A stretch of 64,000 nt of DNA, from the NCBI GenBank assembly GCA_021613535.1, contig CP075493.1, positions 1,550,001 to 1,614,000 of the forward strand, read 5' to 3'. The translations under genes were made by a program, and so were the position numbers. The notes under the pieces are model-generated. The model did not search any database, was not told the DNA's origin, and saw only the letters and a program-made list of their open reading frames with translations. This stretch comes from Adineta vaga (Eukaryota > Animalia > Rotifera). Shown one piece after another: positions 52,485-64,000 of this stretch (position 1 is the stretch's first letter; every line of letters starts with the position of its first letter).

Positions 52485-55085
52485 TTATGATGGTGTATTC
52501 ACTGATTTTCTATAAAAAAAATATAAATTTCAAAAGAATTATGTTCAATTCAAGAATATTATTCAATTTACTGTAAGGATCGTTGTTTTTCTTTTTCTAA
52601 AATAGTACCCGGTGGTTCACATTCAAAGGATGCAAGCATCAAAGCTAGAAGAACAATTGAGAATTTATCAAATCAATTCATTCTTATCGAACTTACAATC
52701 TTCATTGAACGTTGGAGACGTAATTATATAATTAATTATCTCATCATTACGTTCAAAGGAACACTGAAAACAAAAAATCCAAGAATGTTTATTTCTCGAG
52801 AGAATGAATTCGATATATTCGAAATAAACTTACTTTACTCTGTTTACATTGCACAAATTCTTCGGAAATAAATTTTGCCATTGAATAATATTTCTAAAAA
52901 AAAACGAATGAAAATCGATGTTTTTTTGACGAAAAAGAAAGAATTTTAACCTTTAAATTTATTCCACTATCTGGTGTATAATCTTTACTATGAGTTTTAA
53001 TAAAATAAACATCTTGTAAAATAATACTTGTAAATGGTATAACAATCTTATCGGTTATCCAACCATGTTTATCGGCTTCTTCCATTGCGACTTTAAGAAT
53101 TAAACGATAAGTTGCGAAGTTTTTCGAAACATTCATATACTGTTCTAATTGTTGAAATTTATCTAATTGAATTTTTTCCCACTAAAATTCATCAATGAGA
53201 GAAATAGAAATGAATGAGAATAATTTTTTTTTTAAAACTTACAGTTTTTCTTAATCGTCGAACAGGTTGCATATTTAAACCACCTGAAATACGAAAAGAA
53301 AGGAAAATTCAAAAACTATTTTTCTTATTACAAAATAAATTAACATTTGTTTGATCAAATCTATTGACGAAAGTTCATATCTGATACAATTCTTTATCTT
53401 TCTTATCATACATATAATTAACTGAATGAACAAATGTCAGATCCTATCATTCAAATTATGAAGACGAAAAGAAGAAAGAAGCGAAGTCGAACTTACCAAG
53501 TATTCCAATCATTGAATTGAAATTATGTAATCGAAAACATTCATAAGCAGCATCAATAAAATAATTTATTAATCGTACACGTGAACGTCGTTGAGTATGT
53601 TTAACAATTTCTGTTGTAATGAAAAATGTTAAACGATTAAACCATTGAATATAAGCTTCAAGACAAAAGGTTAATTTTTTATCATGAACTAATTTATGAG
53701 ATTTAATATTCGAATTTTCTCCATCAGATGTTATTTGTTCTGATTCAAAATTTCTTGATGGATGTGCACGTGCTTCTTCAGATGCTAATTTCATAATGAA
53801 ATATTGAATTAATTCTTCAGCACCAACTGGTTTTAATCTATCCTACAAAATCAAATCAATAATTCAATTTCGAAGAAACAACAAAAAAAAACAAGTCTCA
53901 CAAACCAGTTCAATATGAGTTAATTGTTGAGCAAATATAATAGCAGTTGGACATTCATTCATAATATCCGTCTAAAGAAAGAATATTAGTTAATAAAAAA
54001 AAAGGATCTATTACTTACAACTAAGGCTAATTGTGTTAGATTATACATAGCTTTTTTATTCAATTGTCGAATATATTCTTCATAGAAATCTAAAGCTTTT
54101 AACTGAAAATGTCAAATGTAAAATTTTGAATTATTATTTTTTAGAAAATTTTACTTTTGAACGAAGTTTTTTATAGATATGTTGTACATCAGATTGTAGT
54201 GTTGGCTCGAATGATGTAATCTTTTTAAATAAATCTTCTAATTGTGATATCATTTCATTATTACGAAAATCATATGGAAATGTTCGTGTCCATTGTGATA
54301 AAACATAAAGAAAATTATTCATTGTACGAATACTTCGTTCCTATTCAAAGAAAATCATTAATTAAATTGACATATTCATTGTTCTACATACATGAGTCAT
54401 ATTTGTTATTGATTTGATTGTTAAACGTGCTAATTGATTGAATAATAAACTTGGTCGAATATTCATTCGTGAACATAGAAGGATTGGATAAATAAATGAT
54501 TGCTAAAAATAAGAAGTTTAACAACCAAAAAAATGAAAAGATTTTTGTAAACCTTTGGAATATAAGTGTCGGTTGGAACTAATCGTTGAATAAGAGAATC
54601 CATTGTATGATGAGAATAATCAAGTGAAAGATCACCGTCCATTGTGTCCGGAGAAGGACTTGTTAATACCACTGTATTGTCTGTCGAAGGCTAAAAAATA
54701 AAATGTAAATATCATACATTTTGAATAGGTAAAAACCATGTATAAGAAGTGAGAATGAATCACACTTCGGAAGTTATGCTAATTACTTGATATGGAGATG
54801 AAGATCGATTTGTTTGAGTTCCTGGTACGACTAAAAATGTTGGATCAATTTGACCATTTGGTTTAGTTGACATTGGCCGTTCAGATAGATTTGATCCTGG
54901 TGATTGTGTATATGGATATTGTAAACTAGAATTTGTCGATACAGAATTGGGATGTTGATTTGTGACTGGATTCGATCGAACTCGTGCATGTATATTATCA
55001 TAATAAGCTAGTGTAGCTGCGCTAGAAGTTTCAAAATTATATACATTTGCATTTGTCGATTGTTGTGAATAGTTATTTGTATACA

Positions 55086-55116
<31 letters not shown>

Positions 55117-55284
55117 AAGTTCATTAATCTGTTGGGAATTGTTATAATTCTGTCTTGTATATGGATTTAGATGTGAATTAGGTGTAAATGTTGATGGATA
55201 ATGATTTTGATAAGATTGATGTATGGGACCATTGCCAGTATAGAATCCTGCAGATGGATCATATCCATACATTAAGCCATTCAT
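52485..55284 (-). CDS. RASGEF1B: Ras-GEF domain-containing family 1 (REM + CDC25) with Q/N-rich N-terminus
   Basis: WTRTFPYDFR, LTHIEL, LEAYIQWFNRLTFFITTEI, CFRLHNFNSMIGILGGLNMQPVRRLRKTW, IVIPFTS, SFECEPP. Confidence 0.85.
55087..55115 (-). repeat. (CAA)n trinucleotide repeat encoding a polyQ tract in the RasGEF N-terminus
   Basis: ttgttgttg... run on the + strand; QQQQQQQQQQ in ORF 54760-55284. Confidence 0.9.
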
Positions 55285-55615
55285 AATTACCTATGAAAAC
55301 AGAAAAAGAAAATGATTAAAAAGATTTTCTTGTTTATTCTTTCTCGTTTCATTCTGTAAAACAAAAACACAACAATTTTTGTTTTGTGTTTTTCTCTATT
55401 TAATATAAAGAAAAATCATTACATTCGTTTCATTGATTCACTTTAAAACGAAGAACATGAACAAATATGACAGAATGTCTTTTGTTGCAATCATTCAAAA
55501 TACACATACATTTAGATTATATACAAGAAGAAAAGAACACAAGAAGCATGACAATATGTGAAACGAAAATGGACGGATAAGAAAAATTTTAAAAAAAAAG
55601 AAGAAAAGAATTTGA

Positions 55616-58249
55616 TTATTGAAATTTTGAGCGTTTATCATTGCCATTGGACGATTTCATATCTCGATTTCCTCCACCACCAGTACTCGTACCGGCACTT
55701 GTCTCTTCTGATTTATCAGATGATATATCATCAATAACATTTTGTAATTGATCTGTCGTTGAACGATATGAATATTTTTTATTCATTCCATCAATTCCAT
55801 TGTTTAATGGTATAAGTTTCTTTTTATAAAGATGAGATTTTACTGGTGATTGTTTATTATTTGTCACATCTTCGAGAGTTTTGGTTGATGAAAATGCTGT
55901 AGAATAATCATCTGCATAAGATGAAGTTGATTTTGCACTATGTATGGGTTTTAAACGACCACTTGGTGGTCGTATTGTATTTGATGTTGATAGAGAAGTA
56001 GAAAAATAAATTTCAGGTGTATTTTGTTGTTGTCTTCGAAAGACTTTTTGACCAGCAACAGTTAAATCCAGTGTTGGAATAGATTCTGTTGAACTCGATT
56101 TTGAACCTGATTTAAGTCGACTTGTTGCCGATTGATTTCCATTACTTGATCCAATACGATTCGATGATGGTTGAAGAAATTCTTTATTATTCGTAGAACG
56201 ATTGGTTTGTTTTGAAACATGTGAAAAAGCGGATTGAATTTGAGCATCAAATGCACGGTAATCATCATGTGCTAAGTTTTTATTTGATTGTTTCGCATGT
56301 TTGTAAACTGGACGATGAAACTTACCATTTGATTGATCATCATTATGACGTGTTGACAGTCGAGAATTAGGTCGTTCATATTGTCGAAATGAATGATCGT
56401 CTTCACTATTATGACCTTCGAGACTATTACCTTCATCATCCTTCTCCTCCTCATCTTCCTCTTCGGAATGAGGTGAATTTGTTCGGATATGATTGATCTG
56501 TGGTTTAGTTACATTGACTACGGAACTATTGGGTGTTGTTGTGCTTCTTCGAGGTTTAATAGGTGGTGCAAGTAATGAACTATTGATTGTTGACGATGAT
56601 GAAGGTGGTCGAAAACGTTGTTGATTTATCTCATCTTGATTATTATCTTCATCATCATTCAATCGAATGAATGATGATGATGAATTAATTGAACGAGAAA
56701 TTTGTTCATTGGAAAGAATTGGCGATCCGGAATTGGGTATTAGCACTGATTCATTTAATGAACGACGACCATTACGACGAACATATGTTGCATGACCATT
56801 CATGGGTGGCGCAGGAGTTACATCATGACTATTGAATTTCATTGTATTATTAATTGTAAAACTATGCATAGTTGATGATCGACTTTGAGAATGTGAAGAA
56901 TTTTTCTCGCGTAAATAAACTTCAAAAACACTGCGACAAAAATAAAGACCACGATTTTGAGCGTAATCAAATGATGAAATCCCTTGTATATCTACATATA
57001 CAATAGAAAAAAGAACGAATAGGAAAGATTTTCTATCATACCTGTCAAATGTGGATCAGCTCCATGATCTAATAATTCTTTTAATACTCTTGCATGTCCA
57101 TGTTTAGTTGCTAAATGAAGAGGACTTTGTCGAGATTTATCTCCATCATGAATATATGTTGAATTTTGATTGGTTTGTTCACTTGTTTCGAAGATAAGAC
57201 GACAAGCAGGAACAGAACCTTGTTCAGCAGCAACATGTAAACATGTTCTTCCATCATTATCTCGATAGAATATCGATTCTGATGATAATAAATATTTTAA
57301 ACATTCTAATGGTTCAGTTTTTCTCACACTATGATGAATCCATGTTCGTCCGTCATTATCTGTTTCGATTACATCATTCATATAACGAGATAATTCCTTT
57401 GAATAATTAGAAAAGAACAAGATTTATGTAATTAAAATCATTAAAACGAAATCTTACCTGGAAATGTTCATAACGATCCAGATGACATGCCCACATAGCT
57501 GGTGTCATACCATCGATATCTTTTATATGAATATCAATATTAGATTCAATTAAGAGTTTCAAACAATCAGTATTTTCTGCTAAAATAGCCCAATGTAATG
57601 GTGAACGTAAATGAACATCTTGTTTGGTTACATCAGCATTATTTTCTAATAGAATTCTTACTATTTCAACATTACAATGTTGTCCTTCATCAGGATAACA
57701 TGCACGATGTAAACATGTTGACCCGTCATTTGCTTGAAAATCAATTTTAACAAATGATTTACATTCATTTAATAAATAACGTAAAATATGAATTTGTTGA
57801 TATTGAACAGCATAAGTTAATAAATCTCTTCCGAATGAATCAACACAATCGATTAATTCCGAATCAGAATTTAATAATTCTTTAACATATCGTAGATCAC
57901 CTTCACGAACAGCAACAATAATCGGTGATAAATTAAGAAAACTATTGAGAGAATGTTTTGGAAGAGTTTGTTTAACTTTATTTGATTCAACATCAATCCA
58001 TGGCCATTCAAATTTATCTGGTGCTTCACGAAATGGTGTTAATGGACTTAAACCACGTTCAATCGTCCACTGTAATGGCTTTTGTTCTTTATCACGTTTC
58101 TGTAATATTAAATAATATTGTTGTAAAAAATGAAGACCATGTAATAAAGTATCACGTAAACGTGAACTTGTCTCTTCATCAGGTAATTTAAGTAAAAATT
58201 CAAGTATTGTCGATGATGTCTTCTGAAAATCTTTCCGTTTAATAGCCAT
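55616..58249 (-). CDS. Ankyrin-repeat protein (ANKRD55/inversin-like N-terminus) with long disordered Ser-rich tail
   Basis: Repeated motifs DGSTCLHRA, RSPLHWA, GMTPAMWA, GRTCLHVAA and QSPLHLA. Two short introns join ORFs 57407-58249, 56992-57420 and 55616-56869. Confidence 0.85.
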
Positions 58250-59028
58250 GATATATCTGCATGTACAGAATGAAATTTTTCTTCATCTATAACACCCACA
58301 TCTGTAATATAAACAGAGATACCTTTCTATCAAGGAACAAATAGCAACGTAAGTAAATAATCATATTGATGATTACCATACAGAAAAAAAAATGTCACAA
58401 AGAAAGAAAAACGCAAGTGAAAGTATATGAACTATAAAATTTTATTATCATCATTTTCATTGCACAAGAGATGTTCAACTGAAAAATCAATATATGAGAG
58501 AGTGAGAGAGAGAAAACCAAGAATGTTCAATAAAGTAACACTTACTCTAATCAAATATATGTAGAAGAATATAAGTATTAAAAAGATACATATATACATC
58601 GAAGTAGAAGAGAGACATAGACATGTATATGAACAATCGCGATGAACTTTCAAAGTTAATCGTTAGACCGATGAGATGAGGTAGAGCGTGCACACATGTT
58701 GTCGTGGTTGGCATGCGAGTAGAACGAGAGAAAACAACAAAGTTGAAATACGAAACTTTTTTTTTTCTTTTCTCGCTTTCTTTGACTCAATTTTTTTTCA
58801 CACACACACACACACAATTGTTTGAGTGTCGTTATGATGCAGGAGACTACCTTACTTCTTCGCTTTCTATATTAAAAGAAGAAGAAGAAGAAGAGAGAGA
58901 AGAAAAAAACACACACACACATACGAGTAATACAAAGCATGAAATAAAAAACTGTTCACTGACCAATTTCCAGTTCATGAAAAGAAAAAGGTGAAAAAGT
59001 TTAATCTAAAATGAAATCAAACTGATAA

Positions 59029-61357
59029 CTAAAGGTACGTTTCTTTTGCACATGTAATCATTGTGGAAAATAATTTCATAAATGCTGTATCTTTTGGTCG
59101 TTGAAGGCCACGTTCAAGACGATTTTTCATAATATGAATGAATTCAACATAAGATAATAATTGATCTTGATTATCATCGAAAAGTGTAAAAACAACATCG
59201 ACTAAATGTGAATCAAGTTCCGTTTGATTAACAGTTTTAGCTACATGATGAAAGATTTGTTTATCAATAGCACCACCAGCTATATGATAAAATGTTAATG
59301 CAACATCAATATCATGAATATTTCGAAGAAAATTATAAAAATTTTGATAATCTTTAAAACAAATTCCAATTGATGGAGTTTTGTCATCATTTGGATAGGC
59401 TTTTTTGATACGTTTTAACATTTTTTTAGCACGTTTTTCTGATAAACCCGGATAGGCTAATAAAGATGTCGCAAAATCTAATTCCGTTATACGAGTTTTA
59501 TCATGCGAACATTTTGCTGAACGATGAAATTCTAATTGTAAGATTTCATTTTGTAATTGTTCGTAAAAGTGAAGAAATTTTTCAACCGTTAATAATTGAT
59601 CGAGATTTTCACCAAAAAAATAATGATTTACAATTGATGTTTCTCGTAGAATATTTCCCGTTGTCGCATGATCACGATGTCGTTGTCCAATACTTGTTTG
59701 TTCACGTATTAAACATTTTAATCTTGTAAATTCATCGAAATCAAATGTACCATTACCATCAGAATCAAACATTTGAAAAGCGATTTGAAAATATCGTCGT
59801 GGAGTTGATAATAACGTTAGGAGAAAAATAAAATCACTAAATGTAATCAAACATTGTTTACCACCGATATGTTCAAAGATTGAAATTTCATCAGAATTTA
59901 AATCTGAATAATACAAATGTGTATTTAATTGTTCAAGTTTATCCCAAGAATCAACACGTGGATCATAACGACAGAATTTATCAAGTTCTAAACCATCTGG
60001 TTGTTTTAAACCTTAACAAAACAATTCAATGAAGTTTTTTTTCGGATTTCATTTCTCAAGAAAGTTTACCTGGTGTTATTGATCGAAGAAAATCATCGGG
60101 TGTCATACAGATAATACCTTGACAAAGAGAATAGTTTAAGAGAAAAACAATATTGAAAACATTTTCTTTTACCATCAGGATTATCATCATTGAAGACTTT
60201 CAATGTCGCAAAATATCGAAAGATTTTATCCGGTGTTGAATATGCTCGAAGACGATTTTCATATGCGATTTTTTTCTTATCTCGAAATGACACTTTAGTT
60301 TTGCCTTCTTTTTTTTCTATTTTAGATTTTTCAGCTTTACGTTCTACCTACAAAATAGAGAAAAACAAAACAAAGATAATAACATTACCATGGACATTAA
60401 ATATTAAAAATGTTTTGTTTTAAACCGCACGGAAGTTTTTTTCAACATATTAATTAGAAAATCGACTATAAATATCATTTCACTATTGAACTAAGTAAAA
60501 ACTGTGACCTTGATATTAATGCATGAAAAAGAGAACGTTTCTGTCATACTAACCAACAGGAAATATTCTCTCTCAGAATCATGCAATCATTAAATGCATG
60601 TTTTCCGTTCGAATCTTACGTAAGAACTAATAGAACGTGAATAATGATTCAATCGGATAGAATAACTTTCAAAGAAAAAGATGAAGATGTTGGTTTTTTT
60701 CTATGTTTGGATTTATTGGTTAGGAGATTTATCTGTAAGATAATAAGAAAAAGTAGAAACCTCAGATAAATTTTCATCATTTTTTGTTTCAACTGAATCA
60801 TTGATATTGGTTTCAACAGCTGGTATGATCGTTGCTGCTTTGACTTGAGAAAAAACATCTAAACGTCGTTGTGCATCTTTTGGATTGATATAAGTATTGT
60901 TTTCAGTTCTGGCTTGACTTGCTATCGGTTGAGACCAACGTTCTTCAAATTCAGTAACATTTCTATTGAAAAAACGAAAGAAAGAGTTTCTTTACGAACT
61001 GATGTATTTACAAATTTCTACGAACGTTAGATAAAATAATGCATAAGCTCCAATAATTATCAAGAAAAATTGCATATATTGAACAATATGATGTCCCGGT
61101 GGTCTCACATGTCTTCGATGTCCATAATTTGTATATCCAAAACTAAATTTTAACTTTCGCGTACGATATGGTTGATTGATAATCACCGGTAAACGAACTG
61201 AAAGTAACGTTCGATCATTTGGTAATTGTTGTTGATTACTTATTGATCGAATTAAATTTATCGGTGATAAATTATTCGTAGATCTTAATAAGAATGGCGA
61301 TGAACATAATCGCCAGACATGATTTTGTTGTTGTCGAAAAAGACCTAATAAAATCAT
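59029..61357 (-). CDS. MICU1: Mitochondrial calcium uptake protein 1
   Basis: Mitochondrial presequence and [34 protein letters not shown] hands [12 protein letters not shown] and [12 protein letters not shown], and C-terminal Cys (TCAKE). Confidence 0.95.
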
Positions 61358-61481
61358 CTAAAAAAAAAAGAAGTCGAAGATAATTCTACAAAAATCGATA
61401 CACACAGTGTAAGAAAAAAAAGAAAGAGAGAAAATGAACGGACGGAAAGCGAGAGAAATAAAAAGATATCAGACAAGAAAA

Positions 61482-64000
61482 TTACATTGGATCTTGAAAA
61501 TCACTCATAAAAGTACTTAAATGTTTGATACGTTCTTCCCATTTCTTCTTTCGTTGATTTGTATCATGTAATAAGATACGCATTTCATCTTCGACTTCAT
61601 TTATACGAATTTGAGCTTGTTGAAGTTTGTCTTCGTAAGTTTTTTGCATTTGATTAAATGCTTGACGATGTCCATGTTCAATTGTATCGAATTGACGACG
61701 AAAATCATCATCACGTTGACGAAGTTTATCTTCTAATTGTCTAAACAAATAAACAAACAAACAGAGCATGAAGAATTCAACGAAATAATCTCGATTACTT
61801 GTGTGTTTCAAGAAGACGAGTATTTTCATCGATCAATTTCTTTTCATTTGATTGATAAGTTTCCGATGCTCGACGAATTTTATTGTCAAGTTCAGTGATT
61901 AAATCAGATTTTTCCTTCCATTTACGACTTAATGCACTGCAATGAAGAAGACAATAGAAGAAAATGTTTAATACTTTCAAAACTAATTCAATACTTGTAA
62001 TCATTTTTGCTCTTTTCAAGTTGTTGTTGCATTTGATGCATATCACCTTTGATTGAATCACGTTTTTCACAAACTTTTTCATATTTTTCTTGTAATTCTT
62101 GATAAAGCAATTGTTCATCTTGAAGTTGTTGTTCTAATTCTTTCTGACGAATTAATAAATCTTCACGTGCTTTTTTTATCGTATCATCACGTTCTACAAC
62201 ACCCTAGAAAACAACAATTCAAATACAAGAAATTCAATTATGATTCAGAAAATACGAATTACATCTTTCAGTTTTTGAATTGTATCCAATTGACTTTCGA
62301 TAATTGTTTGTTTAATTCGACATGTATCTACTTCTTTATCCCATTGTTTCTTCAGCGTGTTTACTTCACTTGTTAAAGTTTGTATAGTTGATTCTAAACG
62401 ACCACGATCTTGAGCTAATGAAGCACCTATTGACGAAAAAAATAACTTTCATTGATTGATTTGTTTGGAAAAAAAGATGATTTACCTTGATGTGCTAATT
62501 CATGACTCCATAGTTTCTTTTCTTCTCGTAGACCAGATAGAATTGATTCTTGTGCTACAAGACGTGCATCAATTTCTCGACGTTCTTTTTGTAAAATTAA
62601 AATTTGTTCACGAATCTTTTTCAATTCATCAATAGCACGTTCAAATTTCGTTGTTAAATGTTTATTTTGATGAGTTAAATGTTCATTTGCTTTCGTTTTC
62701 TCTTGTAAACGTTGTTTTTGTTCACGAACTAACTATGAAGATCGAATAGAAAACGAACAGAAATAGAAATATTAGTTTTGTCTTTGTGAAAATATTTACC
62801 ATCATAAGATCATTGACCATCTTTCGATCAGATTCTTCACGTTGTTTAATGTTCGATGAAGACGAATGAAGAAGTTCATTTTCTTTTTGAAGAATTTCAT
62901 TCGTTTTATATAACTAAAATTCAAAAATCAGTAAATATTTTCATTCGATTTGAATTCATAAGACAATCGTTATTAGAGAGTTTTGTATTTACCTCTTGAT
63001 ATCGACGTTCTTCAATTTTCAATGCATCACGAAATTCATCCTCGAGTTTTTTGTATTCAACAGCTAATGATTGTAATCTAAAATATAAATTGATTGTATT
63101 GAAGTCAACAGAATAGATTTCAAGAATGAAATGTGTTTTATCTTACTTTTCTTGTTGATGTGCTAATTCAGTTCGATGAATATCTTCTTTTCGTTGAATT
63201 TCTTGTTTAAGATATTGTTGTACTTCAGTTGCTTGTAAATCAATTCGACATTTTTCTAATTCTTGTTTATGTTGAACTTCTCGTGTTGTATACAATTCTT
63301 GACATTCTCGTAATTGTTGTTTGATTTTCTTTGATTCATTTTGTAATGATTCATTCTCTTGTTGTAAATTATTTGCTCGACGTTCCCAATTTCGACTTTT
63401 TTCATTCTGAAAACAAACAAAAATGTACCGTATATTTCCAAAGTCGAACAAATCATTTGATTCTTTTCATACCTCAGTTAAGCGTAGTTCACTTTTTTCA
63501 CTTTCTAATTTACTTAAATTACTTTCAAGAGTTTTAATCAATTGTAGATTTGTATCATGCGCTTTTTTATATGATGATAATTGATCTTCTGTACTTCGAA
63601 GACGAGTCTAAATCAAATCATGACAAATTCAATCGATTAATAAATTATTTCGACTTACTTTATAATCATCAACAATGGCTGCTAAATCTTGAAATTTTGA
63701 TTTTTCATCTGCTAACCTTTGTTTATGTTTTTCACTTATCTCTTGTATAATAGTTTCATTTGTTCGACCATCATTTGCTGAAAACAGAAAAAACAATCAC
63801 ATTATTGATTTCTTATGTCGAAAAAAAAACATTAACAAACTTCGTTTTTCTAATCCACTGATAATATCATTTAAATGTTTGATTTCTTGTTCTGAACGCC
63901 AACGTTTATCACGTTCATAATCGAGATCTCTTAATGTTGCTGTATAGATTTCATTTAAATCGTCATTTTCATTATCTCGACTCATTCGATAATGATATTC
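61482..64000 (-). CDS. LRRCC1: Coiled-coil C-terminal half of an LRRCC1-like centrosomal protein (5' part outside window)
   Basis: ERDKRWRSEQ, LEDEFRDAL, KKLWSHELAHQGASLAQDRGRLE and VEDEMRILL resemble LRRCC1 motifs. Many short introns. Confidence 0.75.

Noticed and set aside
60348-60761. Possible micro-exons in the long MICU1 intron (vertebrate MICU1 has one)
   Set aside because: Candidate AG..GT segments of 7 and ~16 nt do not preserve frame, and the 12-bp palindrome TCTTACGTAAGA may be chance.

Overview
Gene-dense, very AT-rich eukaryotic (animal) genomic DNA with many short (~50-70 nt) GT-AG introns. The architecture and gene style suggest a bdelloid rotifer, but this is inference. About 30 protein-coding genes can be reconstructed by hand-splicing. 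They include an ACP6-like phosphatase, DLK/LZK MAP3K, La, a CRP/MLP LIM protein, a DM9 protein, TXNDC17, HDAC11, ZNF706, two orphan GPCRs, PDE6D, malectin, FoxQ2-like, EEF1D, MED11, PHF5A, CD2BP2, a thioester-less TEP/A2M-family protein, RASGEF1-like, an ankyrin protein, MICU1 and LRRCC1-like. A 391-bp hAT-type MITE is also present. Three things stand out. (1) Several co-oriented gene pairs are only 70-190 nt apart, with a polypyrimidine-AG acceptor at or just before the downstream ATG. This resembles operons resolved by spliced-leader trans-splicing, and two of the pairs lie back to back around one ~300-bp region. (2) A 7-exon secreted precursor, almost missed by the ORF track, has furin-type sites and two homologous 4-Cys modules with matching intron positions. 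(3) The TEP/A2M-like protein lacks GCGEQ and carries a young 9x heptapeptide repeat. All gene calls rest on motif recognition; no database search was run.
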